In this document: positions 50,887 to 63,261 of the stretch, piece after piece
Layout of the letters: every line of letters begins with the position of its first letter
Numbering within the stretch: the stretch's first letter is position 1
NCBI GenBank assembly: GCA_964637775.1
Contig: CAZWWX010000005.1
Location: forward strand, 18,277-82,276
Length of the DNA: 64,000 nt
Source: an uncultured Bacillales bacterium
Lineage (GTDB): Bacteria > Bacillota > Bacilli > Tepidibacillales > Tepidibacillaceae
Direction: 5' to 3'
The notes under the pieces: generated by a model
What the model saw: only the letters and a program-made list of their open reading frames with translations
Database searches by the model: none
What the model was told of the DNA's origin: nothing
Position numbers and translations under genes: made by a program

Positions 50887-53800
50887 TTAATCGATTGCAA
50901 CAGCTTCAGGCTCTTCACTTACTGTTTCCTCACAACCAAGCTGTGATGAAATTCCAATATTTCGATATCTCTTCAGCCCGGTTCCCGCAGGAATCAGCTT
51001 ACCAATGATAACATTTTCCTTAAGCCCTAACAGATAATCTGTTTTTCCTTTGATTGCCGCCTCAGTAAGTACGCGAGTTGTCTCTTGGAAAGATGCAGCT
51101 GACAAGAACGAGTCTGTCTCAAGCGATGCTTTCGTTATACCTAGTAATACCGGCTTAACAGTTGCCGGCTCTTTGCCACCGGCAAAAGCATTACGGTTAG
51201 CCTTCTCATAAGTGTGCAGGTCAACCATTGATCCCGGTAACAATTCAGTATCACCGCTCTCGATTACCTTAACTTTTCTAAGCATTTGCCGAACCATAAT
51301 CTCAATATGCTTGTCGTTAATTTCAACGCCTTGCAGTCGGTACACTCTTTGTACTTCTTGCAAAATATATCTTTGAACACCGGAAATTCCTTTAATTCGC
51401 AACAATTCTTTTGGATCGATTGAACCTTCAGTTAGCTCCTCACCTGCTACTAACTCTTGATCAACTATTACTTTGATCCGTGAACCAAATGGTACTGTAT
51501 AAGCTTTCTCCTCCACTTCGTTCGCGATTGTAACTTCACGAATATCAGCAGTGTCAACTATTTCTTTTACTACACCGTCAAATTCAGCGATAACCGCTTG
51601 GCCTTTCGGATTACGTGCCTCAAAGAGCTCCTGAATCCGCGGCAAACCTTGTGTAATATCGTCGCCGGCAACCCCGCCTGTGTGGAATGTACGCATCGTA
51701 AGTTGCGTGCCCGGCTCACCAATTGATTGTGCTGCAATTGTACCAACAGCTTCACCAATTTCAACATTTGCGCCGGTCGCCAAGTTACGACCATAGCACT
51801 TCTCACAAACACCTCTCAGTGTACGGCAGTTAAATACAGAACGAATATTCACTTCAGTGATTCCTGATTCAACGATCTTGTGCGCAATGTCTTGGTCGAT
51901 TAGTTCATTAGGTTTAACTAACACTGCGCCGGTCTTCGGATTCTTCACTGTCTCGAAAGCAAAACGTCCAATAATACGGTCGTATAGCTTCTCAATAACC
52001 TCATTACCGTCCACTATCGTTGACACGATTAGACCTTTATCAGTATTACAATCAACCTCTCTGATAATAACGTCTTGAGCAACGTCAACTAATCGACGTG
52101 TTAAGTAACCGGAGTCAGCAGTTCTCAGTGCTGTATCCGCCAAACCTTTACGCGCACCATGTGTCGAAATAAAGTATTCCAGTACCGATAGACCTTCACG
52201 GAAATTCGATTTAATCGGCAATTCAATAATCTTTCCGGATGGCGCTGCCATCAGGCCACGCATACCGGCAAGTTGTGTTATTTGCGAAACGTTACCACGA
52301 GCACCGGAGTTAGCCATCATATAAATCGAATTAAATTTATCTAAACTATTCATCAATACATCTGTGATATCATCTTTAGCTTTGCTCCAAATCGAGATAA
52401 TTCGGTCATAGCGTTCCTCATCAGTAATTAAACCGCGTCGATATTGATTAACAACGCCTTTTACTTTCTCTTCCGCCTCTTCAAGAATTACGTCCTTCTC
52501 TTTCGGAATATCTACATCCGATACGGCAATCGTTATGCCGGCTTTCGTAGAATATGAAAAACCAAGTTTCTTAATTTTATCAAGGATAATCGCCGTCTCA
52601 GTTGTATGGTATTTACGGAAAATCTCTGCGATAATTGTTCCAAGGAACCCTTTGGTAATCGCTCCTTTTCCCTCAACAGCCGTAACAGCTTTCCTAATGT
52701 CAACGCCCTTTTCAAAGATAAAGTACTTATCATCAATACCATCCATCAAGTTCGCCTTAGTCGGCTCATTAATATATGGTAAATCAGCCGGGAATACCTC
52801 GTTAAAGATAACCTTACCTATCGTCGTCACCAGCAGTGCTTTCTCTTGTTTCGGTGAGAAAGAGGTTTTCTTTACTGTTTTTGCCGGAATCGCGATTCGC
52901 GCGTGAAGCGAAGCGAACCCGTTAAAATAAGCAGCAATAGCCTCCTCAGGTCCACTAAACAACATTCCTTCACCTTTGTCTCCTGCTTTTTCAATCGTTA
53001 GATAATAACAACCAAGCACCATGTCTTGCGACGGAGTTACAACCGGTTTACCATCTTTTGGATTGAGAATATTATAAGAAGCTAACATTAGAAGTCTCGC
53101 TTCTGCTTGGGCTTCTGCAGATAACGGAACATGAACCGCCATTTGGTCACCATCAAAGTCGGCATTGTACGCTGTACAAACAAGCGGATGCAATTGAATT
53201 GCGCGCCCTTCAACAAGCACCGGCTCAAATGCTTGAATGCCCAGACGATGCAGGGTCGGTGCACGGTTCAAGAGAACCGGATGCTCGCGAATTACTTCCT
53301 CAAGAATATCCCATACCTCTGGGCTCATCCGTTCAACTCGACGCTTAGCGCTCTTAATATTATGTGTGATTTCCCTTTGAACTAATTCCTTCATTACGAA
53401 AGGTTTAAACAGCTCAAGTGCCATTTCCTTTGGCAGACCGCATTGATGCATCTGTAAATCCGGTCCAACAACGATAACCGAACGACCTGAATAGTCAACA
53501 CGTTTACCCAGTAGATTCTGGCGAAAACGACCTTGTTTACCCTTAAGCATATGGCTTAAAGATTTAAGTGGACGATTACCGGGACCGGTAACCGGTCTAC
53601 CGCGGCGACCATTATCAATAAGTGCGTCAACCGCTTCTTGAAGCATACGTTTCTCATTTTGAACAATTATATCAGGTGCGCCTAAATCTAACAGACGTTT
53701 TAACCGGTTATTTCTATTAATTACCCGGCGATACAGGTCATTTAAATCTGATGTAGCGAACCGACCACCATCGAGCTGTACCATTGGTCGTAGCTCCGGC

Positions 53801-54504
53801 GGAATAATCGGCAATACATCAAGTATCATCCACTCCGGTCTGTTGCCGGAGGTTCTGAACGCATCAAGTATCTCTAATCTTTTGATGATACGGTTTTTCT
53901 TTTGACCTTGAGCCGTTTCTAATTCTTCTTTTAGTTCTTGCATTTCACCTTCAACATCAATGTCTGAAAGTAATTTTTTAATCGTCTCCGCTCCCATACC
54001 GGCAGCAAAATTATATCCGTAACGCTCGCGATATGCACGGTACTCTTTTTCAGTTAGTAGTTGTTTTTTGTCAAGCGGTGTCTCACCCGGATCTGTCACA
54101 ACATAAGACGCAAAGTAAATTACCTCCTCAAGCGAGCGTGGCGACATGTCGAGAATAAGCCCCATTCTGCTTGGGATACCTTTAAAATACCAGATATGCG
54201 AAACCGGTGCAGCTAACTCAATATGCCCCATCCGTTCACGTCTGACCTTCGATCTCGTAACCTCAACGCCGCAGCGATCGCAGACAACACCTTTGTAGCG
54301 TACGCGTTTGTACTTACCGCAATGGCATTCCCAGTCCTTAGTTGGGCCGAAAATCTTCTCACAGAATAAACCTTCTTTTTCCGGCTTAAGTGTACGATAA
54401 TTGATTGTTTCCGGTTTCTTAACCTCTCCGAACGACCATGATCGAATCTTTTCAGGAGAAGCAAGGCCTATACTCATCGCTTCGAATCTATTTACATCTA
54501 TCAA
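50887..54504 (-). CDS. rpoC: DNA-directed RNA polymerase subunit beta'
   Basis: [23 protein letters not shown], Zn [14 protein letters not shown], catalytic [20 protein letters not shown] + 6 nt precedes TTG at 54504 (the ORF-track GTG at 54513 is inside the SD). Confidence 0.98.
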   Translation of the reverse strand: MIDVNRFEAMSIGLASPEKIRSWSFGEVKKPETINYRTLKPEKEGLFCEKIFGPTKDWECHCGKYKRVRYKGVVCDRCGVEVTRSKVRRERMGHIELAAPVSHIWYFKGIPSRMGLILDMSPRSLEEVIYFASYVVTDPGETPLDKKQLLTEKEYRAYRERYGYNFAAGMGAETIKKLLSDIDVEGEMQELKEELETAQGQKKNRIIKRLEILDAFRTSGNRPEWMILDVLPIIPPELRPMVQLDGGRFATSDLNDLYRRVINRNNRLKRLLDLGAPDIIVQNEKRMLQEAVDALIDNGRRGRPVTGPGNRPLKSLSHMLKGKQGRFRQNLLGKRVDYSGRSVIVVGPDLQMHQCGLPKEMALELFKPFVMKELVQREITHNIKSAKRRVERMSPEVWDILEEVIREHPVLLNRAPTLHRLGIQAFEPVLVEGRAIQLHPLVCTAYNADFDGDQMAVHVPLSAEAQAEARLLMLASYNILNPKDGKPVVTPSQDMVLGCYYLTIEKAGDKGEGMLFSGPEEAIAAYFNGFASLHARIAIPAKTVKKTSFSPKQEKALLVTTIGKVIFNEVFPADLPYINEPTKANLMDGIDDKYFIFEKGVDIRKAVTAVEGKGAITKGFLGTIIAEIFRKYHTTETAIILDKIKKLGFSYSTKAGITIAVSDVDIPKEKDVILEEAEEKVKGVVNQYRRGLITDEERYDRIISIWSKAKDDITDVLMNSLDKFNSIYMMANSGARGNVSQITQLAGMRGLMAAPSGKIIELPIKSNFREGLSVLEYFISTHGARKGLADTALRTADSGYLTRRLVDVAQDVIIREVDCNTDKGLIVSTIVDGNEVIEKLYDRIIGRFAFETVKNPKTGAVLVKPNELIDQDIAHKIVESGITEVNIRSVFNCRTLRGVCEKCYGRNLATGANVEIGEAVGTIAAQSIGEPGTQLTMRTFHTGGVAGDDITQGLPRIQELFEARNPKGQAVIAEFDGVVKEIVDTADIREVTIANEVEEKAYTVPFGSRIKVIVDQELVAGEELTEGSIDPKELLRIKGISGVQRYILQEVQRVYRLQGVEINDKHIEIMVRQMLRKVKVIESGDTELLPGSMVDLHTYEKANRNAFAGGKEPATVKPVLLGITKASLETDSFLSAASFQETTRVLTEAAIKGKTDYLLGLKENVIIGKLIPAGTGLKRYRNIGISSQLGCEETVSEEPEAVAID

Positions 54505-54537
54505 AGGGTACACCTCCCTTAGCTATCAGCCAATTTT

Positions 54538-57500
54538 TTATTCATCATCACTACCAAAGTCGTTTCCGAAATTCAAGTTAAGCTTCTTCATATCAATTTC
54601 TTCCTCAGTGTCAAGCTCCTTAATCTCAATCTCTTCTTCATCACTGGAGAGAATTTTTACGTTAAGCGCCAAACTCTGTAATTCCTTAATCAACACCTTG
54701 AAGGATTCAGGTACACCGGCTTCCGGCACGTTTTCGCCCTTTACAATTGCTTCATAAGTCTTAACACGGCCAATTACATCATCCGATTTTACTGTTAAAA
54801 TTTCTTGCAATGTATAAGCGGCACCATAAGCTTCAAGCGCCCACACTTCCATCTCACCAAAACGTTGACCACCGAACTGCGCTTTACCGCCAAGTGGTTG
54901 TTGCGTTACTAAAGAGTATGGTCCGGTTGAACGAGCATGAATTTTATCGTCAACCATGTGAAGCAATTTAATCATGTACATTACGCCGACTGTAACTCTT
55001 CTTTCAAAAGGTTCACCGCTCCGGCCATCGTACAAAATTGTTTTCCCATCTCTCTCATACCCTGCTTCTTCCAACGCCGCAAAAACATCATTCTCGTTCG
55101 CCCCATCAAAAACCGGAGTTGCGACGTGGATCCCTAATGCCTTTGCCGCCCAACCAAGATGTACTTCCAGTACTTGACCGATGTTCATCCGCGATGGAAC
55201 TCCAAGTGGATTCAGAATTATATCGACCGGTTTACCATCAGGTAAGAACGGCATATCCTCTTCCGGTAAAATACGAGCGATTACACCCTTGTTACCATGA
55301 CGTCCGGCCATCTTGTCACCCTGGGAAATCTTCCGTTTCTGGGCTATATATACGCGGACCAGATAGTTTACACCCGGAGGGAGCTCATCACCATTTTCAC
55401 GAGTGAACACTTTGACATCAACAACAATCCCGTCTTGTCCGTGCGGTGCTCGTAATGAAGTATCACGTACTTCACGCGCCTTTTCACCAAAAATTGCGTG
55501 TAGTAATCTTTCTTCAGCTGTTAACTCTGTAACCCCTTTAGGTGTAACTTTACCGACAAGGATATCGCCGGGGCGAACCTCCGCACCAATCCGAATCACT
55601 CCACGCTCATCAAGATTTTTTAGTGCATCGTCTCCGACATTCGGAATATCTCTCGTTATTTCTTCAGGACCAAGTTTCGTATCGCGAGCCTCTGATTCAT
55701 ACTCTTCAATGTGAATTGAAGTATAAGTATCTTCCTTAACAAGTCTTTCACTGATCAGAATCGCATCCTCAAAGTTATAGCCTTCCCAAGTCATAAATGC
55801 AACAACAATGTTGCGTCCTAATGCTAATTCACCAAGCTCAGTTGATGGTCCATCGGCAATTGTTTCGCCCTTTTTAACCGTGTCGCCCTTTTTAACGAGC
55901 GGACGTTGGTTAATACATGTCCCTTGGTTCGAACGCATAAACTTATGAAGCTTATATACAATTAAATCGCCTTCAACCTTCTTACGACCGGAAGTTGTAA
56001 TTGTTCTTACAGCAATTTCTTTAGCATCAATTCTTTCAACAACGCCGTCAGCTTGTGCAACGATACATACTCCTGAATCGCGAGCAGTTTTGAACTCCAT
56101 ACCGGTTCCGATTAACGGCGCTTCCGGTGTTAATAACGGAACCGCCTGCCGCTGCATGTTGGATCCCATCAATGCACGGTTAGAGTCATCATTCTCAAGG
56201 AATGGAATCATCGCCGTTGCAACAGAAACAACCTGCATCGGTGAAACGTCAATAAAGTCAACTCTTTCTTTGGTAGTAATAATATTCTCATCTTTGTATC
56301 TGGCAACAATTCCATCTTCCAAAAACTTACCTTTTTCATCAAACTTCACATTTGCCTGTGCGATAACATAATTATCCTCTTCATCAGCTGTTAGATAAAC
56401 AATATCGTCAGTGATTAGACTTGTATCTGAATCAACGCGGCGATACGGAGTCTCAATAAAGCCATAAGGATTAACTCGCGCATAGCTTGAAAGTGAGTTA
56501 ATTAGCCCAATGTTCGGACCCTCAGGCGTTTCAATCGGGCACATTCTTCCGTAGTGTGAATGGTGAACGTCACGCACTTCAAAACCCGCGCGTTCACGCG
56601 TCAAACCACCCGGCCCAAGCGCACTCAAGCGTCTTTTGTGTGTCAATTCCGAAAGTGGATTAGTCTGATCCATGAATTGCGAAAGCTGACTGCTTCCAAA
56701 AAATTCTTTAACGGACGCAATCACCGGTCGAATGTTGATAAGTGCTTGTGGTGTAAGCATGTTCACATCGTGAATTGACATCCGCTCACGAACAACTCTC
56801 TCCATTCGTGCTAAACCAATTCGGAATTGGTTCTGTAGCAATTCACCAACTGAACGTAATCGTCTATTTCCTAAATGGTCAATATCATCAATATCACCAA
56901 CGCCATAGAATAGGTTAATAAAGTAATTAATCGTTGCAACAATATCACTTGGAGTAATATTCTTGACTGATTGATTGATTTGTTGGTTGGAAATCACATT
57001 AATAGCCACATCTTCTGAATTTGGAGCGTAAATCTTCACTATCTGTAATGGAATTGCATCTTCCAATACACCAAGTTTAGGTTCATAGTTTAAATAATTT
57101 AAGCCACTATCAAACAGTGGAATCAGCTTGTTGAGTAGTTTACGATCAATCACTTGACCGGCTTCAGCGATAATCTCACCCGTTTCCAGATTAACAAGAT
57201 TTTCGGCAAGTTTCTGATTAAACAATCTATTCTTGATATGTAGCTTCTTGTTAATTTTGTAGCGTCCAACATCTGCTAAATCATAACGTTTTGGATCGAA
57301 AAATCTCGCGTACAGCAAACTCTTAGCACTTTCAATCGTCGCCGGTTCTCCCGGACGCAGGCGTTCATAAATTTCAATCAAAGCCTTTTCAGTTGAATCA
57401 GTACTATCTTTTTCTAATGTATTCCGAACAAATTGATTATCACCAAGTAGTTCAATAATCTCATCGTCAGTCCCAAAACCCAGCGCACGCAAAAGAACCG

Positions 57501-58074
57501 TCGCCGGTAATTTCCGCGTACGATCAATACGGACATAGAGAATATCCTTAACATCTACTTCAAGCTCTAGCCATGCCCCACGATTAGGGATCATTGTTGA
57601 TGTGAAAATTCTTTTACCGTTCTTATCAAACTTGGTACCGAAATAAACACTTGGTGAACGCACAAGTTGGCTGACAATTACCCTCTCAGCGCCATTAATA
57701 ATAAATGTGCCGGTCGGAGTCATCAGAGGAAAATCTCCCATAAATACCTCTTGTTCCTTAACTTCACCGGTCTCCTTGTTAATCAAACGAACTTTTGCTC
57801 TTAGTGGCGCCGAATAAGTAACATCTCGCTCCTTTGCCTCATCCACTGAATACTTAGCCTCACCAATGCTGTGGTCGAAAAACTCCAAAATTAGATTTCC
57901 AGCAAAATCCTGAATCGGCGAAATATCACGAAACATTTCGCGCAGACCATCATTTATAAACCACTGATAAGAATTTAGCTGTATCTCAATAAGATTTGGA
58001 ACGTCTAAAACCTCAATAATTTCCGCATAACTTCTTCGTTCGCGTTTACCTAAATTTACAGTCTTCACTGCCAA
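54538..58074 (-). CDS. rpoB: DNA-directed RNA polymerase subunit beta
   Basis: [52 protein letters not shown]. Likely TTG start at 58074 (GGGGTG + 6 nt); the ORF-track GTG at 58083 lies in the SD. Confidence 0.98.
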   Translation of the reverse strand: MAVKTVNLGKRERRSYAEIIEVLDVPNLIEIQLNSYQWFINDGLREMFRDISPIQDFAGNLILEFFDHSIGEAKYSVDEAKERDVTYSAPLRAKVRLINKETGEVKEQEVFMGDFPLMTPTGTFIINGAERVIVSQLVRSPSVYFGTKFDKNGKRIFTSTMIPNRGAWLELEVDVKDILYVRIDRTRKLPATVLLRALGFGTDDEIIELLGDNQFVRNTLEKDSTDSTEKALIEIYERLRPGEPATIESAKSLLYARFFDPKRYDLADVGRYKINKKLHIKNRLFNQKLAENLVNLETGEIIAEAGQVIDRKLLNKLIPLFDSGLNYLNYEPKLGVLEDAIPLQIVKIYAPNSEDVAINVISNQQINQSVKNITPSDIVATINYFINLFYGVGDIDDIDHLGNRRLRSVGELLQNQFRIGLARMERVVRERMSIHDVNMLTPQALINIRPVIASVKEFFGSSQLSQFMDQTNPLSELTHKRRLSALGPGGLTRERAGFEVRDVHHSHYGRMCPIETPEGPNIGLINSLSSYARVNPYGFIETPYRRVDSDTSLITDDIVYLTADEEDNYVIAQANVKFDEKGKFLEDGIVARYKDENIITTKERVDFIDVSPMQVVSVATAMIPFLENDDSNRALMGSNMQRQAVPLLTPEAPLIGTGMEFKTARDSGVCIVAQADGVVERIDAKEIAVRTITTSGRKKVEGDLIVYKLHKFMRSNQGTCINQRPLVKKGDTVKKGETIADGPSTELGELALGRNIVVAFMTWEGYNFEDAILISERLVKEDTYTSIHIEEYESEARDTKLGPEEITRDIPNVGDDALKNLDERGVIRIGAEVRPGDILVGKVTPKGVTELTAEERLLHAIFGEKAREVRDTSLRAPHGQDGIVVDVKVFTRENGDELPPGVNYLVRVYIAQKRKISQGDKMAGRHGNKGVIARILPEEDMPFLPDGKPVDIILNPLGVPSRMNIGQVLEVHLGWAAKALGIHVATPVFDGANENDVFAALEEAGYERDGKTILYDGRSGEPFERRVTVGVMYMIKLLHMVDDKIHARSTGPYSLVTQQPLGGKAQFGGQRFGEMEVWALEAYGAAYTLQEILTVKSDDVIGRVKTYEAIVKGENVPEAGVPESFKVLIKELQSLALNVKILSSDEEEIEIKELDTEEEIDMKKLNLNFGNDFGSDDE

Positions 58075-58280
58075 GCTTTTCACCCCTTTTGAACAGTGTA
58101 ATTAAAAAAGAAAAAAATGGGTTCTGTAACCACATTTTTATTAACATATATTGTCTTAAATTCTTCTTTACCACGTTCCTTACCCTTATATTTTTATACT
58201 AAAAAATGGGCACAATAGCCGTATATTATCATTTTCGCATCTACATATATTATCACAAGGAATTTTTGTAGTCAAGTAAT

Positions 58281-58892
58281 TTATTTAGTACTTTTTATAA
58301 TAAAATACCCTTTTGACTTTGCGACAACCTCTACATTACTATATAAATTCTCAAGCTCAGCAGTCGTAGATGATGCACCTTGTTTCTTCCGGATCACAAT
58401 CCAGAGTTCCCCACCCTGCTTTAATCCAATATGTGCTTCACGATATAATCTAAAGACCGTATCCTTACCGGCCCGGATCGGCGGATTCAAGAATATATAA
58501 TCAAAGTCATTCTCTGCTATGCTCATAAACCCGTCGCTACCAACAATGTTTATGCTAACATCTTTAGGAATGCAATCTGCATTCCTAATAACATTCGTCT
58601 TTAAAAGTTGGACTGCCCTTGTATTAATATCAGCCATCGTCAATTGTCCCTGTATAAGTTTTGATGCTAACACAATACCGATTGGTCCATAACCCGCAGC
58701 CAAATCTAAAACTTTGCTACCAGGTTTAATTACAGCATGTTCAATCAAAAGAGCAGTTCCGTAATCAACTCTGTTTTTCGAAAACACACCTGAATCTGTA
58801 CTGAAGCGATATTTTTTACCACCAAACATATAGACAAATTCCTGCTCCGCATGTTTGGTAGTAGGATTCTCACTATAATAATGTTCTCCCAT
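58281..58892 (-). CDS. class I SAM-dependent methyltransferase (YbxB/RsmC-like rRNA methyltransferase)
   Basis: VLDLAAGYGPIGI SAM motif, FLNPPIRAGK (NPPxH-like). ATG at 58892 lies downstream of the rplL terminator hairpin; the longer ORF-track start would run through it. Confidence 0.85.
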   Translation of the reverse strand: MGEHYYSENPTTKHAEQEFVYMFGGKKYRFSTDSGVFSKNRVDYGTALLIEHAVIKPGSKVLDLAAGYGPIGIVLASKLIQGQLTMADINTRAVQLLKTNVIRNADCIPKDVSINIVGSDGFMSIAENDFDYIFLNPPIRAGKDTVFRLYREAHIGLKQGGELWIVIRKKQGASSTTAELENLYSNVEVVAKSKGYFIIKSTK

Positions 58893-58925
58893 ATCGTTAC
58901 CCCTAAAAGTCAAATAAAATAAATT

Positions 58926-58966
58926 AACCGAAAAACCTATCGTCATTAACAATAGGCTTTTCGGTT
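58926..58966 (-). terminator. hairpin after rplL (terminator/attenuator)
   Basis: 15-bp arms AACCGAAAAACCTAT / ATAGGCTTTTCGGTT (one mismatch), 11-nt loop, T-rich tail on the minus strand. Confidence 0.5.
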
Positions 58967-58979
58967 AGCTAAATCTCCC

Positions 58980-59345
58980 TTATACTATTTCTACAGTTGC
59001 ACCGGCTTCTTCAAGTTTAGCTTTAACTGATTCAGCCTCTTCTTTAGATACTCCTTCTTTAACAGCTTTTGGAGCATTGTCAACTAATTCTTTAGCTTCT
59101 TTCAGACCTAGTCCTGTAATCTCACGAACTATTTTAATTACGTTAATTTTAGAAGCACCGGCGTTCGCTAAATTTACAGTGAATTCTGATTGCTCTTCAG
59201 CAACTTCAGCACTAGCTCCACCGGCTACCATAGCAACAGGAGCTGCTGCAGTAACACCAAATTCTTCCTCAATTGCTTTAACAAGATCGTTTAATTCTAA
59301 GACTGACATATTTTTTATAGCTTCAATAATTTGCTCTTTATTCAT
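58980..59345 (-). CDS. rplL: 50S ribosomal protein L7/L12
   Basis: [50 protein letters not shown] + 7 nt precedes ATG at 59345. Confidence 0.97.
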   Translation of the reverse strand: MNKEQIIEAIKNMSVLELNDLVKAIEEEFGVTAAAPVAMVAGGASAEVAEEQSEFTVNLANAGASKINVIKIVREITGLGLKEAKELVDNAPKAVKEGVSKEEAESVKAKLEEAGATVEIV

Positions 59346-59376
59346 TTTCATATCCTCCTAATTTTATATAAATAGA

Positions 59377-59868
59377 TTATGCTTCCTTTTCAGCAACGGC
59401 TTTAACAACACATGCCATATTTCTCATCGGCGCCTGTAAGACGCTTAACAACATTGAAAGTAATCCTTCTCTTGAAGGTAAATCCGCAAGTTCTTTTACC
59501 TGTGCCAATCCTAAAAGTTGACCCTCAAGAACACCCGCTTTAATTTCTAAAGCTTTATGTTTTTTCGCAAATTCAGCAATAATTTTCGCCGGAGCCACTA
59601 AATCTTCATTGCTAAAAGCAATTGCTGTCGGTCCAACCAAAAATTCATCAAGATCGCTAAGATTGATTTCAGTCATAGCTCGTCTAACAAAAGTGTTTTT
59701 TAGAACCTTATATTCAACGCCTGCTTCACGCAGTTTTTTTCTAAGTTCTGTTACCTCAGCAACAGTCAAACCGCGGTAGTCCGTTAGAATAGTTGATTTG
59801 CTATCCGTAAACCTCTGTACTATTTCAGCTACTTCTCTTTCTTTTCTTTCACGAATGCTTGCACCCAT
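59377..59868 (-). CDS. rplJ: 50S ribosomal protein L10
   Basis: [33 protein letters not shown]. Confidence 0.96.
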   Translation of the reverse strand: MGASIRERKEREVAEIVQRFTDSKSTILTDYRGLTVAEVTELRKKLREAGVEYKVLKNTFVRRAMTEINLSDLDEFLVGPTAIAFSNEDLVAPAKIIAEFAKKHKALEIKAGVLEGQLLGLAQVKELADLPSREGLLSMLLSVLQAPMRNMACVVKAVAEKEA

Positions 59869-59900
59869 CCTTACACCTCCTCCTTATTACTCCGCGTAAA

Positions 59901-60020
59901 CAAAAAACACCTTCGCAAACATACGAAAGTGTTATATCCCGAAGAATATCTGCACCTCGGTAGGAAATTAAGCCCTGTGGCACCTACTGTCTACGGTAAT
60001 AATTTATTTAATTTAGCAAA
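59901..60020 (-). promoter_or_regulatory. ribosomal protein L10 leader (autoregulatory 5' UTR with attenuator hairpin)
   Basis: Minus strand CCGTAGACAGTAGGTGCCACAGGGCTTAATTTCCTACCGAGGTGCAG, then AACACTTTCG-tatgttt-GCGAAGGTGTT + TTTTTG before the rplJ SD. Position and architecture match the Firmicute L10 leader; I could not run a covariance model. Confidence 0.55.
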
Positions 60021-60023
60021 GCC

Positions 60024-60052
60024 ATTTTAGCATGTTGCTAATCTGCTGTCAA
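60024..60052 (-). promoter_or_regulatory. rplJL promoter
   Basis: Minus strand TTGACA, 17 nt, (TGc)TAAAAT, directly after the rplA stop. Confidence 0.55.
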
Positions 60053-60056
60053 AGCA

Positions 60057-60746
60057 TTATTTTTTAAGTATATTTACCCTTACTCCCGGACCCATCGTTG
60101 AACTAATAACAACGTTTCTGAAGTATTGACCTTTTGCTGAAGCTGGTTTTGCTTTAGCCAATGTATCAATTACAGTTTCAAGGTTTTCGACCAGTTTTTC
60201 ATCTTCGAAAGATACTTTCCCGATTGGCGTGTGAATGTTACCGACTTTATCAGTACGATATTCGATCTTACCGGCTTTAATCTCTTGAACTGCACGTTCA
60301 ACATCAAACGTAACTGTTCCGGTTTTCGGGTTAGGCATTAACCCTTTAGGCCCAAGCACTCTACCTAATTTACCTACCGTTGCCATCATGTCCGGTGTTG
60401 CTACTACAACATCAAACTCAAACCAGCCTTTTTGAATCTTATCAACCAGTTCCTCATCACCAACATAATCTGCACCGGCATTTTCCGCTTCTTTAACTTT
60501 CTCGCCTTTCGCAAAGACGAGCACGCGCTGCACCTTGCCTGTACCATGCGGCAAAACTACCGCACCGCGAATCTGCTGGTCTGCTTTTCTTGGGTCAACA
60601 CCAAGGCGAAAAGCAACTTCTACAGTTTCATCAAATTTAGCAGTAGCTATTTTTTTAACAATTTCAATCGCTTCTCTGATGTCATACTGATGATGACGAT
60701 CAAATTGCTTAACTGCTTCACTATATTTTTTCCCTACTTTAGCCAT
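60057..60746 (-). CDS. rplA: 50S ribosomal protein L1
   Basis: [49 protein letters not shown] + 6 nt precedes ATG at 60746. Confidence 0.97.
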   Translation of the reverse strand: MAKVGKKYSEAVKQFDRHHQYDIREAIEIVKKIATAKFDETVEVAFRLGVDPRKADQQIRGAVVLPHGTGKVQRVLVFAKGEKVKEAENAGADYVGDEELVDKIQKGWFEFDVVVATPDMMATVGKLGRVLGPKGLMPNPKTGTVTFDVERAVQEIKAGKIEYRTDKVGNIHTPIGKVSFEDEKLVENLETVIDTLAKAKPASAKGQYFRNVVISSTMGPGVRVNILKK

Positions 60747-60821
60747 ATTTATACCTCCCATGTGGTTATACGGTTTAACCTCCCACTAAATTGGAGCCGT
60801 TAAACAAAAAATTTCTAATGA

Positions 60822-61247
60822 TTAATCTTCAATAACAATCCCCATACTACGCGCTGTACCTTCAACGGTCAACATTGCCGCCTCAACAGACGCAGCATTT
60901 AAATCAGCCATTTTGGTCTCTGCAATTTCTCTAACTTTATCGCGTTTTACTGTCGCAACTTTTTTCTTGTTAGGTTCACCGGATGCGCGAACAATTCCGG
61001 CAGCCTTCTTCAGAAGTATGGAAGCCGGTGGAGTTTTCGTAACAAAACTGAATGAACGATCTTCATATACAGTAATCTCAACAGGAATTACAAGCCCCAT
61101 CTGATCCTGTGTTTTAGCATTATACTCTTTACAAAATCCCATAATATTTATGCCTGCTTGTCCTAAAGCAGGTCCAACCGGCGGAGCGGGTGTCGCTTTA
61201 CCGGCATCAATTTGTAATTTAATCACTTTAATAGCTTTCTTAGCCAT
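60822..61247 (-). CDS. rplK: 50S ribosomal protein L11
   Basis: [34 protein letters not shown]. Confidence 0.97.
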   Translation of the reverse strand: MAKKAIKVIKLQIDAGKATPAPPVGPALGQAGINIMGFCKEYNAKTQDQMGLVIPVEITVYEDRSFSFVTKTPPASILLKKAAGIVRASGEPNKKKVATVKRDKVREIAETKMADLNAASVEAAMLTVEGTARSMGIVIED

Positions 61248-61260
61248 ATACTACACCTCC

Positions 61261-61797
61261 CTATAACTTTTCAATCTGGTCAAAATCAAGTTCTACAGGC
61301 GTTTCCCTGCCGAACATATTCACTAACACCTTGATTTTTAACTTTTCCATATTTATTTCATCAATATAACCGACAAAGTTTTCGAACGGTCCATCAATTA
61401 CTCTAACATTCTCTTTCAGTTCAAAATCAATTTTCGGTTTAGTCGCAGCGATTCCCATCCTGCGCATAATAGCCTTAACCTCTGTCTCAAGTAAAGGAGT
61501 AGGTTTCGAACCAGCGCCTGCAGATCCAACGAATCCGGTCACTCCTGGCGTATTCCGCACAACATACCATGACTCATCTGTCATTAGCATCTCAACCAAG
61601 ATGTAGCCGGGAAACACTTTTTTCTGAACGATTCGACGCTTGCCACCCTTATTTTCCATCTCTTCTTCCATCGGAACAAGAACAGAAAAAATTCGATCGC
61701 CCATACCCATGGTCTCGACGCGTTTCTCTAAATTGGTTTTTACTTTGTTTTCATACCCTGAATATGTATGAACAACATACCATCTTTTTTCTTCCAT
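61261..61797 (-). CDS. nusG: transcription termination/antitermination factor NusG
   Basis: KRWYVVHTYSGYENKVK..FPGYILVEM..KOW VRVIDGPFENFVGYI. Confidence 0.96.
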   Translation of the reverse strand: MEEKRWYVVHTYSGYENKVKTNLEKRVETMGMGDRIFSVLVPMEEEMENKGGKRRIVQKKVFPGYILVEMLMTDESWYVVRNTPGVTGFVGSAGAGSKPTPLLETEVKAIMRRMGIAATKPKIDFELKENVRVIDGPFENFVGYIDEINMEKLKIKVLVNMFGRETPVELDFDQIEKL

Positions 61798-61851
61798 GAT
61801 AGATTAGGACGACGCCCTTTCCTCCCTCAAATCAAAATAACATGCAATCAT

Positions 61852-62070
61852 TTAACTACCAAATCCAATTAGATTTAACAGCCCGGAAATTATAAAATCG
61901 ACAAGGACAAAGAATATCGTTATAAATACAACTGTAAAAATAACGACCTTTGAGTAACTAATTAATTCCTTCCGGTCAGGCCAACGAACCTTTTTTAGTT
62001 CCCTAAAGCTGTCGCGAAAGAAACTAAAAATACCGACGATAAACTTTTTAATTTTTGCAAGAAATTTCAT
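61852..62070 (-). CDS. secE: preprotein translocase subunit SecE
   Basis: FFRDSFRELKKVRWPDRKELISYSKVVIFTVVFITIFF. Single TM segment, between rpmG and nusG. Confidence 0.9.
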   Translation of the reverse strand: MKFLAKIKKFIVGIFSFFRDSFRELKKVRWPDRKELISYSKVVIFTVVFITIFFVLVDFIISGLLNLIGFGS

Positions 62071-62084
62071 AATTTTTCCCCCAC

Positions 62085-62234
62085 TTATCGAGTCTCACGG
62101 TGTACTGTGTGTGCATTACAAAATCTGCAATGTTTTTTTAGTTCAATCCGGTCTGGATTATTCCGTTTGTTCTTAATTGTGGTATAATTGCGTTGTTTGC
62201 ATTCGGTGCAAGCCAATGTAATAATAACTCGCAT
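62085..62234 (-). CDS. rpmG: 50S ribosomal protein L33 (Zn-ribbon form)
   Basis: Not in ORF track. Own translation: [49 protein letters not shown]. Confidence 0.93.
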   Translation of the reverse strand: MRVIITLACTECKQRNYTTIKNKRNNPDRIELKKHCRFCNAHTVHRETR

Positions 62235-62373
62235 ATATACACCTCCCACGTTTAACTTAAATAATTTTAATAACCTTATAAGTACTCCTTGTCGAACAAG
62301 TCTTTATAAGGTCACCTGTGCTACTCTATCATAACCAAAATACAATGTCAATAAATAATAGTGCTAATATTGA

Positions 62374-62402
62374 TAAAAAGAAGCGGCTCAACGCCGCTTC
62401 TT
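62374..62402 (-). terminator. rho-independent terminator after sigH
   Basis: GAAGCGGC-tcaac-GCCGCTTC with TTTTTATC on the minus strand. Confidence 0.65.
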
Positions 62403-62422
62403 ACTTATATGAGATAACCTTG

Positions 62423-63166
62423 TTAGTAATCATTAACGCTTGCAAAAAATACTGCAAGTTTACGCTTAATTCGTTGGATAGCATTATCAATCACCTTTGG
62501 TTCCCTACCCAACTTTATAGCTATTTCTTGATAAGTATAGCCTTCAAGGTGGTAGCCAAACACGACTGATTCGAACTTGCTTAGCCGAGCGACGATCTCT
62601 CTCCCAATCTCCGCCTGCTCCTCTTTGATCAAGTAGAAAGTTTCAGGCTCCTTGATCTCGTCACCTTTCATAATATCGGAAAGGCTAATGTCTTTTTCAC
62701 CGTCAACAATCTGGGCGTCAATTGAAATCGCATAATTTAGAGGATAATTCTTATAGCTGGTAGCACTCTTGATTGCTGAAATCATGTGTCTTCTAACACA
62801 AATCTCCGCAAATGATTTAAATGTGTTACCATGCTCAATCCGGAAATCCCGTACTGCTTTGTAAAAACCAATAATTGCTTCTTGTTCAACATCATCAACA
62901 TCGGCACCAACCAAGAAATATATTCGCGACTTAGCTTTAATCATGCTTCCATACTTATTGTATAGATAACCTAACGCAGGTCCATATACTTCTTGTGCAA
63001 TTAAGACTATTTCCTCATCCGTTAAATTACTAAAATCACTTTCTTTAATATTTTTTTCTTCATAATAAACATATTTCAAGTCTACATTGTCACAGTCCTT
63101 AGTACTATCTCTTTCTTCAGTACCGTCTATGTCTTTTTTATCTTCGTCGTCGGACATATCACTCAC
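62423..63166 (-). CDS. sigH: RNA polymerase sigma factor SigH (sigma-30 family) with about 50-aa acidic N-terminal extension
   Basis: DVEQEAIIGFYKAVRDFRIEHGNTFKSFAEICVRRHMISAIKSATSYK and C-terminal LEGYTYQEIAIKLGREPKVIDNAIQRIKRKL. Conserved slot between rlmB and rpmG. Confidence 0.88.
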   Translation of the reverse strand: MSDMSDDEDKKDIDGTEERDSTKDCDNVDLKYVYYEEKNIKESDFSNLTDEEIVLIAQEVYGPALGYLYNKYGSMIKAKSRIYFLVGADVDDVEQEAIIGFYKAVRDFRIEHGNTFKSFAEICVRRHMISAIKSATSYKNYPLNYAISIDAQIVDGEKDISLSDIMKGDEIKEPETFYLIKEEQAEIGREIVARLSKFESVVFGYHLEGYTYQEIAIKLGREPKVIDNAIQRIKRKLAVFFASVNDY

Positions 63167-63261
63167 CTCTCTTTAAATAATTAGAATCTATATATTTGTA
63201 GATATTGACATTTATTCTCATTAGATACATTATATAGTATTTCTTTAATAAGTCAATCCTA

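Noticed and set aside
54401-54757. 118-aa plus-strand ORF spanning the rpoB-rpoC junction, and similar plus-strand ORFs inside rpoB, rpoC, fusA and tuf
   Set aside because: All are antisense to universally conserved genes. They are Ser/Leu/Ile-rich without motifs or RBS, so they are shadow ORFs.
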